Made by a program: the position numbers and the translations under genes. Source: Rhodothalassiaceae bacterium (GTDB lineage: Bacteria; Pseudomonadota; Alphaproteobacteria; Sphingomonadales; Rhodothalassiaceae). From it: a DNA stretch of 42,681 nt. Below the pieces are notes generated by a model. The model did no database searches. It was not told the DNA's origin and saw nothing but the letters and a program-made list of their open reading frames with translations. The DNA is taken from contig JBHHTO010000001.1 of the NCBI GenBank assembly GCA_046753425.1, positions 1 through 42,681 on the forward strand, written 5' to 3'. Below are positions 27,857 through 39,457 of the stretch, one piece after another (the first letter of the stretch is position 1; each line of letters opens with the position of its first letter).

Positions 27857-28417
27857 ATGCGCGGCTATTTCGCAATCGGGATCGAGCGGGCGTCGAAACC
27901 GGGCAATGTCGGCAATCTCATTCGCACCGCGCACGCCTTCGGGGCCGCCTTCGTTTTCGTCCTGCGCGCCGGGCTCAAGGGCGATGCGGCGCGCGAGATC
28001 GCCCGCGCCCGCGCCGACACGGCGAACACCGCCGCCGCCATTCCCTTCTATGAATATGAGCGGCTCGAGGATCTCGTGCTGCCCCGCGGCTGCCGGCTCG
28101 TCGCTGTCGAGATCACCGCGGAGGCGACCGAGCTGCCGGTCTTTCATCACCCGCTCAATGCCGCCTATATCCTCGGCGGCGAGCGGTTGAGCCTGTCAGA
28201 CGAGACCCTCGCACGCGCCGATCATGTGATCAAAATCCCGACACGATTTTCGCTCAATGTGGCGACGGCGGGGGCGATCGTGATGTATGACCGGCTCTTG
28301 AGCTATGGTCGCTTCGCCCGCCGGCCGGTGGCGAGCGGTGACAGGCCCGCGGAATTGCCGCCACATGTGCATGGTGGACCGGTGATGAGACGCAGACCAG
28401 GAGGCGAGACAGAATGA
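27857..28417 (+). CDS. TrmH/SpoU-family RNA 2'-O-methyltransferase
   Basis: MRGYFAIGIERASKPGNVGNLIRTAHAFG is SpoU motif 1. ILGGERLSLSDE and KIPTRFSLNVATAGAIVMYD are motifs 2 and 3. Confidence 0.8.
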   Translation: MRGYFAIGIERASKPGNVGNLIRTAHAFGAAFVFVLRAGLKGDAAREIARARADTANTAAAIPFYEYERLEDLVLPRGCRLVAVEITAEATELPVFHHPLNAAYILGGERLSLSDETLARADHVIKIPTRFSLNVATAGAIVMYDRLLSYGRFARRPVASGDRPAELPPHVHGGPVMRRRPGGETE

Positions 28418-28968
28418 GATTGCAGCGAGCGGTGACGGCGGGTGGCCCGACGATGATGGTTCTTGCCATGCTGCTTGCGGTATTTTTCGCGCCCATGGCG
28501 GCGCGCGCCGCCGACAAGACCGATCTCATCGGCAGCTATCGTGACTGGGACGCCTATACGCTCAGGAAGCAAGACGGCGAGCTTTTGTGCTATATGGTCT
28601 CGGTCCCCAAATCATGGGCGGCAAGCCGCAAGGGGGTGCGCCGCGGCGACATCTATATCACCGTCACCCACCGCCCGAAGGCGAAGGTGCGCGACCAGGT
28701 GAACATCGTCGTCGGCTATCCCTTCAAGGAGGGCTCGGAAGCCCGCGCCGTAATCGACGGCAAGACCCGCTTCAAGCTCTTCACCCAGGGCGACGGCGCC
28801 TGGCTCTATACACAAAAAGAGGACAGCGCGATGGTCAGGGCCATGCGCCGCGGCGGCACGCTCGTCGTCACCGGCACCTCGAGCCGTGGCACGCGGACTA
28901 CCGATCGTTATTCGCTTTTGGGCTTCACCGCCGCGCACAACGCCATCTCGCGCGCCTGCGGGTTGTGA
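28414..28968 (+). CDS. Invasion-associated locus B (IalB) family periplasmic protein
   Basis: The signal peptide is VLAMLLAVFFAPMAARA, followed by YRDWDAYTLRKQDGELLCYMVS, typical of IalB-family proteins. The start overlaps the trmH-like stop (ATGA). Confidence 0.75.
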   Translation: MRLQRAVTAGGPTMMVLAMLLAVFFAPMAARAADKTDLIGSYRDWDAYTLRKQDGELLCYMVSVPKSWAASRKGVRRGDIYITVTHRPKAKVRDQVNIVVGYPFKEGSEARAVIDGKTRFKLFTQGDGAWLYTQKEDSAMVRAMRRGGTLVVTGTSSRGTRTTDRYSLLGFTAAHNAISRACGL

Positions 28969-28981
28969 GCGGAGGCGACCC

Positions 28982-30160
28982 ATGACCCACAGCGCTCCGA
29001 TGGCCACTCCCGGGCCGGTCGAACCGGTGGTCGGTGCACGCAAGGGCGCCGCGGCCGGTGATCCGCGCCCCGACATCCTCGGGCTCGACCGCGCCGGGCT
29101 TCTCGCCGCGCTCGTTGCCGCCGGTGTCGAGGCGCGCGAGGCGCGCATGCGCATGCGCCAGATCTGGCACTGGGTCTATCACCGTGGCGTCAGCGACTTC
29201 GCCGCCATGACCAATATCGCGAAAGACATGCGCGCCTGGCTCACGGAGCGTTTCCGCATCTCGCGCCCCGAGGTCCGTGAGGCCCTGCACTCGAACGACG
29301 GAACGCGCAAATAACTCCTGCGCTTCTCCGACGGCGCCGAGGCCGAGGCGGTCTTCATCCCCGACGAGGACCGCGGCACGCTCTGCGTCTCGAGCCAGGT
29401 CGGCTGCACCCTGAACTGCCGCTTCTGCCACACCGGCACGATGCGGCTCGTGCGCAATCTCAGCGCCGGCGAGATCGTCGGCCAGATGATGCTGGCGCGC
29501 GACGATCTCGACGAATGGCGCACGCCCACCGAAGGCCGGCGGCTGACCAATATCGTGATGATGGGCATGGGCGAGCCGCTCTACAATTTCGAGAATGTGA
29601 AGAAAGCGCTCCATATCATCATGGACGCCGAGGGCATCCAGCTCTCGCGGCGGCGGATCACGCTCTCCACCGCGGGCGTGGTGCCGATGATGGCGCGCTG
29701 CGGCGAGGAGATCGGGGTCAATCTCGCGGTCTCGCTGCACGCGGTGAGAAACGACATCCGCGACGAGATCGTGCCCTTGAACCGCAAATACCCGATCGAG
29801 GCCCTGCTCGAGGCCTGTGCCGCCTATCCCGGCGCCCACAATGCGCGGCGTATCACCTTCGAATATGTCATGCTCAAGGGCGTGAACGATTCGGACGCCG
29901 ATGCGCGCGAGCTCGTGCGCCTGCTCAGGGCTCACCGCATCCCGGCCAAGGTCAATCTCATTCCCTTCAACCCCTGGCCCGGCAGCGCTTATGAATGCTC
30001 GGACGAGGCCCGCATCGCCCGCTTTTCCGAAATCGTCTTTGGCGCGGGCATCTCGGCACCGGTGCGCACGCCGCGCGGGCGCGACATCATGGCCGCCTGC
30101 GGACAACTGAAGTCCGCAAGCGAGAGGAAGCGGAAAGCCGCCGTGGCAAGCGGCTGCTGA
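28982..30160 (+). pseudogene. rlmN: 23S rRNA/tRNA m2A methyltransferase RlmN (radical SAM) interrupted by an in-frame TAA at 29312..29314
   Basis: Track ORFs 28886..29314 and 29441..30160 are in the same frame. Read through the stop, the product is ...[65 protein letters not shown]..., with the radical-SAM CxxxCxxC motif downstream of the stop. The C-terminus contains GMGEPL and CGQLK. The gene is otherwise intact. Confidence 0.85.
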
Positions 30161-30178
30161 CCCTCGGTCGGCCGTCGC

Positions 30179-30642
30179 GGGCAGCTTGGCCACCACCCGG
30201 ATCTCGGTCTCGCCGAAGGGCGAGGCGAGCGCCGGCGTGCCGACCGCGGTCCAGGCCGGGTGCGGCGGATGCATGATCTCCCCGCGGACCGCGACCGCCG
30301 TCTCGAGCTGGCGCGCGAGATCGGCATGGAAGCTCATGATCTCGACCACATCATCAAGGCTTGCACCGGCCGCCGCGAGAATCCGGTCGATCGCCTCGAA
30401 GGCGCGGCGGACGCCGCGGGCGTAGCGTTCCTCATAGGACCCTTCACCGGCAAGGCCGGCGATGACGCCCGAACATAGATCGTCCCGTCCTCGGTCCGGA
30501 TGGCAGGTGCGAAGCCCCACATCTCATAGCTGGCCTGACTGCCCTCGGGGATGACGATATGGGAGCGCTGGCGGGCGCCCTCCTGCGCATGGGCCGAAGT
30601 TGCGGCCAACAGGGCAAGGCAGGGCAAAAAACGCACGATCAT
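30179..30642 (-). pseudogene. Secreted RidA/YjgF-family protein, disrupted by a 1-nt frameshift near 30472 and lacking a nearby stop codon
   Basis: The N-terminal part lies in the frame of ORF 30334..30642 (signal MIVRFLPCLALLAATSAHA ... RTEDGTIYV). The remainder lies in the frame of ORF 28925..30520 (SGVIAGLAGEGSYEERYARGVRRAFEAIDRILAAAGASLDDVVEIMSFHADL...GETEIRVVAKLP). The two frames share base 30472, consistent with one T missing from GTT(T)CG. The lower coordinate is the last RidA-like residue, not a stop. Confidence 0.6.
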
Positions 30643-30887
30643 GGCGGAACTCCATCAGGAATTGCGGACACGGCTCCCGGCATGCTCGCCGCCATCGGCC
30701 GCCGGTGCCACAGGGCATTCTGGCGATATACCGCCGCACGGCGGGCGGGCTCGGAGATCACCTCCTGCCCAGGGTCGACGGCCGCCGCTATGCATTGCAT
30801 CCGGATTCCGATGTGACTAACATGCGCGCAATAGGGCGGATATGTTTCAGAATAACCGGCTTCTCCGTTCTCATGAAAGGATAGAGA

Positions 30888-31553
30888 ATGAAGCCATCAA
30901 TATTGTTTATTGGGAAAAAAGGAGATTTCTACTGTGAAAGAGCGGCCGAGTTCGTAACAACGCATTTCCCAGAACATGAAATTGTCCTTGGCTCGCGCGG
31001 CGACCGTTTTCCGGAAAAAGTGAATTCATGGCGCGGCGACTATATCATTTCCTATTTGTCTCCGTGGATCGTCCCCGCGAGCCTTCTTGAAAGAGCAGGC
31101 TGCGCAAGCATAAATTTTCATCCGGGGCCGCCCGAATATCCCGGAGTCGGCTGCACGAATTTCGCGATCTATGATGAGGCGGACCGGTTCGGCGTCACCT
31201 GCCATCACATGGCGCCAAAGGTCGACAGCGGCGAAATCATAGCGGTGCGGCGTTTTCCCCTTTATGAGAGCGACAGCGTATATACGTTCACGCAAAGATG
31301 TTACGGATATATCCTCCAGCTCTTCTATGAGATGATGTCCCGGATTCTTGCCGGTGACCCGCTTCCGCGGGCGGATGAGACATGGGCGCGCGCGCCGTAC
31401 AGACGGGCCGAACTCGATGCCTTGTGCCGGCTCACCCCCGACATGCCGGCGGACGAGATTCGCCGGCGTGTCCGGGCCGTCACCTTTCCCGGTGCACCGG
31501 GCGCGTATTTCGAGATCGATGGCATGCGCTTCGCTTACGTGGCGGAGGAATGA
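30888..31553 (+). CDS. Formyltransferase-family protein (Fmt/PurN-like N-terminal fold), low-GC 5' two-thirds
   Basis: INFHPGPPEYPGVG occupies the position of the formyltransferase HxSLLPxxRG block, and HHMAPKVDSGEIIA supplies the catalytic Asp block. The RBS is AAAGGA. Codon usage (AGA, ATA, AAA, TTG) differs visibly from the neighbouring genes. Confidence 0.65.
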   Translation: MKPSILFIGKKGDFYCERAAEFVTTHFPEHEIVLGSRGDRFPEKVNSWRGDYIISYLSPWIVPASLLERAGCASINFHPGPPEYPGVGCTNFAIYDEADRFGVTCHHMAPKVDSGEIIAVRRFPLYESDSVYTFTQRCYGYILQLFYEMMSRILAGDPLPRADETWARAPYRRAELDALCRLTPDMPADEIRRRVRAVTFPGAPGAYFEIDGMRFAYVAEE

Positions 31554-31610
31554 GACGGATGCGGACCGGCGCCCACCGCCGGTCGCAAGGAAGGTAGAAG
31601 CCCCTTGGCC

Positions 31611-32051
31611 ATGGAATATCTGCACACGATGGTGCGCGTTGCCGACCTCGCGGCAGCGCTCGAATTCTATTGCCACAGGCTCGGGCTCGTCGAGGTGCGG
31701 CGCATGGAGCATGAGAAGGGCCGCTTCACGCTCGTCTTTCTCGCCGCGCCGGGCGATCTCGAGCGCGCCAGGCGGGACCAGGCGCCGCTTCTCGAGCTCA
31801 CCTACAACTGGGACCCGGAGCACTACACGGGCGGCCGCAATTTCGGTCATCTCGCCTATCGCGTCGATGACATCTATGCGACCTGCCAGCGTCTCATGGA
31901 CGCCGGGGTGACCATCAACCGTCCGCCGCGCGACGGCCATATGGCCTTCATCCGCTCGCCCGATGGCATCTCGATCGAGCTCCTGCAGCGCGGCGCGGCG
32001 CTGCCGCCGAAGGAACCCTGGGCCTCGATGGAGAATACGGGAAGCTGGTAG
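31611..32051 (+). CDS. gloA: Lactoylglutathione lyase / VOC-family glyoxalase I
   Basis: [26 protein letters not shown]..., ELTYNWD and [48 protein letters not shown] are present. A TTG two codons upstream (31605) is an alternative start. Confidence 0.75.
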   Translation: MEYLHTMVRVADLAAALEFYCHRLGLVEVRRMEHEKGRFTLVFLAAPGDLERARRDQAPLLELTYNWDPEHYTGGRNFGHLAYRVDDIYATCQRLMDAGVTINRPPRDGHMAFIRSPDGISIELLQRGAALPPKEPWASMENTGSW

Positions 32052-32126
32052 CCCCTTGCCAGGCGGTGCTGCGGTCCGATAGAGCAGGCGCTTCCCGACC
32101 CTCGAAGCAAAGGACCGGCACGCGAG

Positions 32127-33335
32127 ATGGACGCCCCGAAGAAAGTGGTGCTCGCCTATTCGGGCGGGCTTGATACCTCCGTCATCCTGAAGTGGCTCGA
32201 GACAACCTATGGCTGCGAGGTGGTCGCCTTCACCGCCGATCTCGGCCAGGGCGCCGAGCTCGAGGAGGCGCGGCGGAAGGCCGAGATGCTCGGGGTCAGG
32301 GAGATTTTCGTCGAGGACCTGCGCGAGGACTTCGTGCGCGACTATGTCTTCCCCATGATGCGCGCCAACGCCCTTTATGAGGGCCTCTATCTTCTCGGCA
32401 CGGCGATCGCCCGCCCGCTCATCGCCCGGCGCCAGATCGAGATCGCGCATCAGACCGGCGCCGACGCGGTGGCGCATGGCGCCACCGGCAAGGGCAACGA
32501 TCAGGTGCGCTTCGAGCTCGGCTATTACGCGCTGGATCCCGATATCCGGGTCATCGCTCCCTGGCGCGAATGGGATCTCGGCTCGCGCGCGAAGCTCATC
32601 GCCTTCGCCGAGGCGCATCAGATCCCGATCCCGCGCGACAAGCGCGGCGAGGCGCCCTTTTCGGTTGACGCCAATCTTCTCCACACCTCGAGCGAGGGCA
32701 AGGCGCTCGAGGACCCCGCCGCGGAGGCCGAGGAATTCGTCTATTCACGCACCGTGGCGCCCGAGGATGCGCCGGACCGCCCCGAATATATCGAGATCGC
32801 CTTCGAGAAGGGCGACGCGGTCGCGATCGACGGCGAGGCGCTCTCGCCCGCGGCCCTGCTCGCGCGGCTGAACGACTACGGCCGCCGCCACGGCATCGGC
32901 CGCATCGACCTCGTCGAGAACCGTTTCGTCGGCATGAAGTCGCGCGGCATCTACGAGACCCCGGGCGGCACCATCCTCATGGCCGCGCATCGCGGCATCG
33001 AGCAGTTGACGCTCGACCGCGGCGCCGCGCATCTGAAGGACGAGCTCATGCCGCGCTATGCCGAGCTCATCTACAACGGCCTCTGGTTCTCGCCCGAGCG
33101 CGAGATGCTGCAGGCAGCGATCGACCACAGCCAGGCGCATGTGACGGGCTGCGTGCGGATGAAGCTCTACAAGGGCACAGCGCAGGTCGTCGGCCGCAGC
33201 TCGCCCAACTCGCTCTACAGCCTCGAGCACGTCACTTTCGAGGAAGACACGGTCTACGACCAGCGCGATGCGGAAGGCTTCATCAAACTGAACGCCCTGC
33301 GCCTCAGACTTCTCGCCCGCCGGCGGCGGCGGTGA
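32127..33335 (+). CDS. argG: Argininosuccinate synthase
   Basis: [13 protein letters not shown] is the ATP pyrophosphatase P-loop. [34 protein letters not shown] and [11 protein letters not shown] are also present. Confidence 0.95.
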   Translation: MDAPKKVVLAYSGGLDTSVILKWLETTYGCEVVAFTADLGQGAELEEARRKAEMLGVREIFVEDLREDFVRDYVFPMMRANALYEGLYLLGTAIARPLIARRQIEIAHQTGADAVAHGATGKGNDQVRFELGYYALDPDIRVIAPWREWDLGSRAKLIAFAEAHQIPIPRDKRGEAPFSVDANLLHTSSEGKALEDPAAEAEEFVYSRTVAPEDAPDRPEYIEIAFEKGDAVAIDGEALSPAALLARLNDYGRRHGIGRIDLVENRFVGMKSRGIYETPGGTILMAAHRGIEQLTLDRGAAHLKDELMPRYAELIYNGLWFSPEREMLQAAIDHSQAHVTGCVRMKLYKGTAQVVGRSSPNSLYSLEHVTFEEDTVYDQRDAEGFIKLNALRLRLLARRRRR

Positions 33336-34037
33336 ATGGCAGACCACCCGCATTGACATTGCCGAGCGGGCGGGTGGAATAGCGCTATGACACGGATCGG
33401 GATCGTCACGGGACTCGCCTTCGAGGCCCGTGCACTGGAACGGGCGGCGCGGCGCACCAGCGTTGCGGACCGCGTGCGGATCCACTGTGCGGGGCCGGGA
33501 CCTGCGCGCGCCCGCGCGGCCGCCGAGCACTTGCTTGCACAGGGCACGGGCCTCCTGCTCTCGGCCGGGCTCGCCGGTGGGCTCGATCCTGCGCTCGCGC
33601 CCGGTGACGCCCTTCTCGCCGAGGCCGTGATCGCGCCCGACGGCGCCCGCTACGATGCCGATGCGGCACGTCTTGATATGACGATGCGGGTGTTGGGAGA
33701 TGTGGAGGGCGTCCGGCGCGGGGTGCTGCTGGGCAGCGGGACGCCCGTCACCTCGCCGGTCGAGAAGGCGCGGCTTTATAGAGACACCGGCGCGCATGCC
33801 GTCGACATGGAGAGCCACGCCGTCGCCGCGGTGGCCGCGGCGGCCGCAGTGCCCTTCCTCGCCCTGCGCGTCCTCGCCGACCCGGCGCATCAGGCGATCC
33901 CGGCCGCGGCGCTCGCCGGCATGCGTGCCGACGGCCGCGTCGATCCATGGCCGGTGATGCGGGCGATGCTGGGACGCCCCGCCATGTGCGCCGGGATGCT
34001 GCGCCTTTCCCGGCAGAGCCGGGTTGCGCGGCGGCGC

Positions 34038-35180
<1,143 letters not shown>

Positions 35181-35212
35181 CTTGACTTCCTTTCCAACTC
35201 GTTGCGATCCGC

Positions 35213-36142
35213 TCAGGCCCCGCCGCGCACCTGCGCCGGCAGCTTGAACTGGACATTTTCGGTGATGCCGTTGTGCGGCACGACGTCGATCGGTGCGAGG
35301 CTCTCGAGCCGCGCCACGAGCTCGTCGACGAGAATCTCCGGCGCCGAGGCGCCGGCGGTGATGCCCACCGTTTCGGCACCGTCGAGCCAGGCCGGATCGA
35401 GCGCCGCCGCATCGTCGATCAGATAGGCGGGCACGCCCATGCCTTCCGCGATCTCGCGCAGACGGTTCGAGTTCGAGCTGTTGCGCGCGCCGAGAACAAG
35501 CAGCACGTCGACCTTTGCCGCAAGCTCGCGCACCGCCTGCTGCCGGTTCTGCGTCGCATAGCAGATGTCCTTGACATCAGGACCCTTGATCGCCGGGAAG
35601 CGACGCTTCAGGGCAGCGATGATGTCGCGGGTGTCATCGACCGAGAGCGTCGTCTGCGTGACATAGGCGACACGCTCCGGGTCGGCGACCTCGAGCCGTT
35701 CGGCCTCGGCCACCGAGCCCACGAGATAGACGCGGCCGTCGATCTGCCCGAGTGTGCCCTCGACCTCGGCGTGACCGGCATGACCGATCAGGATCACCTC
35801 ATAGCCGGCGCGCGCATAGCGCTGCCCTTCGTGATGCACCCGGCTCACCAGCGGACAGGTGGCATCGATGACCTCGAGCGCCCGGCCGGCTGCATCCGCC
35901 TCGACCTTGCGCGAGACGCCGTGCGCCGAAAAGATCGTGAGCGCACCCGCCGGGATTTCGTCGACCTCCTCGACGAATATCGCGCCCTTGGAACGCAGAT
36001 CCTCGACGACCCGCCGATTGTGCACGATCTCATGACGCACATAGACCGGCGGCCCATATTGTTCGAGCGCTCGCTCGACGATCTCGACCGCCCGTTCGAC
36101 CCCCGCACAAAACCCCCGCGGCTGCGCAAGAAGAACCCGCAT
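35213..36142 (-). CDS. ispH: 4-hydroxy-3-methylbut-2-enyl diphosphate reductase
   Basis: [41 protein letters not shown] and SSNSNRL are present, covering the three conserved cluster Cys regions. Confidence 0.93.
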   Translation of the reverse strand: MRVLLAQPRGFCAGVERAVEIVERALEQYGPPVYVRHEIVHNRRVVEDLRSKGAIFVEEVDEIPAGALTIFSAHGVSRKVEADAAGRALEVIDATCPLVSRVHHEGQRYARAGYEVILIGHAGHAEVEGTLGQIDGRVYLVGSVAEAERLEVADPERVAYVTQTTLSVDDTRDIIAALKRRFPAIKGPDVKDICYATQNRQQAVRELAAKVDVLLVLGARNSSNSNRLREIAEGMGVPAYLIDDAAALDPAWLDGAETVGITAGASAPEILVDELVARLESLAPIDVVPHNGITENVQFKLPAQVRGGA

Positions 36143-36350
36143 CGACGTTCCTTCCTTCCCTGACCGACGCCACCGACCATCGGTCCATGTGTCATCCGCT
36201 GGCCCCGGTACCGTGACAAGCGGACTGAATTGCTCCGATATTAGAGAGCATCGCCCGGCATCTCAGCCACTTAGCGAAATCGTGATGACCCCGATTCCGC
36301 TCCGAACCCCTCCGCGCCAATTGCCGCGGGTGACGGCAACCGGTCTGCCG

Positions 36351-39125
36351 TCAATGGGCTTCGGCCCAGTTCGAGCCGACGCCGATATCGACAACGAGCG
36401 GCACCGACAGCGACAATGCGGGCAGAGTGGCCTCTTCCATGGTCCGGCTGATGACCGGCCGCGCCGCCTCGATGGCCGCTTCCGGCGCCTCGAAAACAAG
36501 TTCGTCATGCACCTGCAGCAGCATTTTGACATTTTCAAGGCCGGCCGAGCGAAGCGCGCCGGGCATACGTACCATGGCACGCTTGATGATGTCGGCGGCC
36601 GAGCCCTGGATCGGCGCGTTGATCGCCGCGCGCTCGGCAAAGCCGCGCTGGTTGGGGTTTTTCGCGTTGATGTCGGGGGTGTGGATGCGGCGGCCGAACA
36701 GGGTCCGGACATGGCCCTTCTCGCGCGCCGTCGCCTTGGTTGCCTTCATATAGTCGCGGATGCCGGGAAAGCGCTCGAAATAGGTCTCGATATAGGCCGC
36801 CGCCTCGTCGCGGGAGATGTCGAGCTGGCGCGCGAGCCCGAAGGCGGAGATACCGTAGATGATGCCGAAATTGATCGCCTTGGCGCGCCGCCGGGTGAGC
36901 GGATCCATCTTCGCAAGCGGCACGCCGAAGACCTCCGATGCAGTCATGGCGTGAATGTCGAGCCCCTCGGCGAAGGCCTGTTTCAATGTCGCGACATCGG
37001 CGATATGGGCGAGAATCCGGAGCTCGATCTGGCTGTAGTCTGCCGACAGCAGGCGGCATCCGTCGGCGGCGATGAAGGCGCGCCGGATGCGCCGGCCCTC
37101 TTCGGTGCGGACCGGAATGTTCTGCAGATTGGGGTCGGTCGAGGCGAGACGGCCGGTCGAGGTGTTGGACAGTGAATAGGAGGTGTGCACGCGCCCGGTG
37201 CGCGGATTGATGGCCGCCGCAAGGGCGTCCGCATAGGTGCTCTTGAGCTTGGCGAGCTGGCGCCACTCGAGCACCCGGCGCGGCAGCTCGTGGCCCTCTT
37301 CGGCCAGCTTCTCAAGCACTGCGGCGCTGGTCGAATAGGCACCGCTTTTCGACCTCTTGCCGCCCGCGAGCCCCATCTTCACGAAAAGGATCTCGCCGAG
37401 CTGTGCCGGGCTTGCGATATTGAAGGGCTCGCCCGCCAGGGCGTGAATCTCCTTCTCGAGCCGCGCCATGCCCGCGGCGAATTCGCCCGACAGGCGGTTG
37501 AGCTCGGCACGGTCGACCTGGATCCCGTGCCGCTCCATGTCGGCAATGACCGGCACCAGCGGCCGCTCGATGGTCTCATAGAGCGTGAGCAGCCCCTCGG
37601 CGGGCAGACGCGGCTTCAGCAGGCGATGGAGCCGCCCCGCGAGATCCGCATCTTCGGCCGCATAGCGTGTCGCCTCGGCGATCGGCACGCGATCGAAGGT
37701 CACCTGCGCCTTGCCCTTGCCGGCGACTTCCTTGAAGGCCACCGGCTCGATGCCGAGGTGAAGCTGCGACAGTTCGTCGAGCCCGTGACCGTGCAGCCCG
37801 GTCTCGAGCACATAGGAGATGAGCATCGTGTCGTCGATCGGCGCCACCGCGAGGCCCTCGCCGGCAAGGACCGCCAGGTCATATTTGATATTCTGCCCGA
37901 CCTTGAGGATCGCCGGATCGGCAAGAACCGGCTTGAGCGCAGCGAGCGCCTGCGGGAGCGGGATCTGCCGCGGGGCCGCGTCCTCGAGCTCGAGACCGTC
38001 GCGCGGCCGGTGACGCAGCGGGATATAGGCGGCCTTGCCGGCCTCGATTGAAAGCGAGATGCCGACGAGCTCCGCGCGCACCGGATCGAGCCCGGTGGTC
38101 TCGGTATCGATGGCGACGATCCCGGCCTCGCGAATGCGGTCGATCCAGCGCACGAGCGCGTCCATTGTGTCTAGCGTCTCATATTCGGGCGTGCCGACCG
38201 CGATGGTCTCCGCCTCCTCGGGACTCGTCCCCGGAATACCGTCGCCAAGATGGGCGATGACGCGGGCACGGAGCGCCTTGAAACCATTGGCGTCGACAAA
38301 GGCGAGGACGCGGGCGGGATCGGGATCGCGCACCGCGAGCGCCTCGAGCGGCCAGTCGTCGAGCGGCACCTTTGGATCGAGCGTGACGAGCCGCTTCGAC
38401 AGCCGCGCCGCGTCGGCGTGGGCGAGGAGATTTTCCCGCCGCTTCGGCTGCTTGATCTCACCCGCGTGGGTGAGCAGGGTCTCGAGATCGCCATATTCGG
38501 CGATGAGCTGCGCCGCCGTCTTGGGACCAATGCCGGGAACGCCCGGCACATTGTCGGACGAATCGCCGCACAGCGCCTGCACCTCGATCACCCGCTCCGG
38601 CCCGACGCCGAATTTCTCGCGCACCTCGTCAGGGCCGATGCGGCGGTTCTTCATCGGATCGAGCAGGGTCACCACCGCATCCTCGACAAGCTGCATGAGG
38701 TCCTTGTCGGACGAGACAATGGTCACCTTGAAGCCCTTCCCGCGGGCCTTCCGCGTCAGGGTCGCGATGATGTCGTCGGCCTCGTAGCCCTCGCGCTCGA
38801 TTGCGGGCACGGAGAAGGCCTCGACCGCCTCGCGGATGAGCGGGAATTGCGGCACCAGATCCTCGGGCGCCTCGGGCCGGTTGGCCTTGTAGTCCTCATA
38901 GAGGTCGTTGCGGAAGGTGCGCCGGGCGGCATCGAAGACCACCGCAAGATGGGTCGGCGCCTCGCCCTCGTTGACGTCCTTCAGCAGCTTGAACAGCATG
39001 TTGGAAAAGCCGAAGACGGCGTTCACCGGCGTGCCGTCCGGGCGCGTCATCGGCGGCAGGGCGTGATAGGCGCGGAAGATGTAACCCGAGCCATCGACGA
39101 GATAGAGATGCGGGGTCTTCGTCAT
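36351..39125 (-). CDS. polA: DNA polymerase I
   Basis: The 5' nuclease N-terminus is LYLVDGSGYIFRAYHA. The 3'-5' exonuclease region is IDTETTGLD. The polymerase motifs are DYSQIELRILAH, RRRAKAINFGIIYG and QVHDELVFE. Confidence 0.96.
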   Translation of the reverse strand: MTKTPHLYLVDGSGYIFRAYHALPPMTRPDGTPVNAVFGFSNMLFKLLKDVNEGEAPTHLAVVFDAARRTFRNDLYEDYKANRPEAPEDLVPQFPLIREAVEAFSVPAIEREGYEADDIIATLTRKARGKGFKVTIVSSDKDLMQLVEDAVVTLLDPMKNRRIGPDEVREKFGVGPERVIEVQALCGDSSDNVPGVPGIGPKTAAQLIAEYGDLETLLTHAGEIKQPKRRENLLAHADAARLSKRLVTLDPKVPLDDWPLEALAVRDPDPARVLAFVDANGFKALRARVIAHLGDGIPGTSPEEAETIAVGTPEYETLDTMDALVRWIDRIREAGIVAIDTETTGLDPVRAELVGISLSIEAGKAAYIPLRHRPRDGLELEDAAPRQIPLPQALAALKPVLADPAILKVGQNIKYDLAVLAGEGLAVAPIDDTMLISYVLETGLHGHGLDELSQLHLGIEPVAFKEVAGKGKAQVTFDRVPIAEATRYAAEDADLAGRLHRLLKPRLPAEGLLTLYETIERPLVPVIADMERHGIQVDRAELNRLSGEFAAGMARLEKEIHALAGEPFNIASPAQLGEILFVKMGLAGGKRSKSGAYSTSAAVLEKLAEEGHELPRRVLEWRQLAKLKSTYADALAAAINPRTGRVHTSYSLSNTSTGRLASTDPNLQNIPVRTEEGRRIRRAFIAADGCRLLSADYSQIELRILAHIADVATLKQAFAEGLDIHAMTASEVFGVPLAKMDPLTRRRAKAINFGIIYGISAFGLARQLDISRDEAAAYIETYFERFPGIRDYMKATKATAREKGHVRTLFGRRIHTPDINAKNPNQRGFAERAAINAPIQGSAADIIKRAMVRMPGALRSAGLENVKMLLQVHDELVFEAPEAAIEAARPVISRTMEEATLPALSLSVPLVVDIGVGSNWAEAH

Positions 39126-39206
39126 GCCCGCCTTTGTAACGGGCGGCTGGCGCGAAGGCGAGGCGGAAATGGGCGCGCCATCGCCGCCCGGCTCACAAGG
39201 CCCCGA

Positions 39207-39416
39207 TCAGGCCGCCCTGGCTTTCTTGCCCTTGCTGCCGCGCTTGTCCTTCGGCCCGCCGGCGAGGATGAAGAGACGGTCGCAATAGGGGCATTCGACG
39301 GCACCATCCGCGCCCATATTGAGAAAGACGCGGGGGTGGCCAAGCGCCCCCTCGCCGCCATCGCAGGCGACGACGGTGTCCTCGACATAGATCGTTTCGG
39401 GCGGTGGAATGCTCAT
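39207..39416 (-). CDS. Zinc-finger (zf-CHCC, NDUFS6-like) domain protein
   Basis: The 69-aa product contains VACDGGEGALGHPRVFLNMG...VECPYCDRLF, matching the C-x..H-x..C-x2-C pattern of zf-CHCC proteins common in alphaproteobacteria. Confidence 0.7.
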   Translation of the reverse strand: MSIPPPETIYVEDTVVACDGGEGALGHPRVFLNMGADGAVECPYCDRLFILAGGPKDKRGSKGKKARAA

Positions 39417-39457
39417 CGCGATCTGGTCCCTCGGCAGAACTGTCCCGCCGCTATATA

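Noticed and set aside
28925-30157. The long 3' continuation of the 531-aa minus-strand ORF through rlmN.
   Set aside because: Only its first 115 or so codons resemble RidA. The rest is antisense to the well-conserved rlmN frame and lacks any recognisable domain. I treat it as read-through caused by a missing stop.
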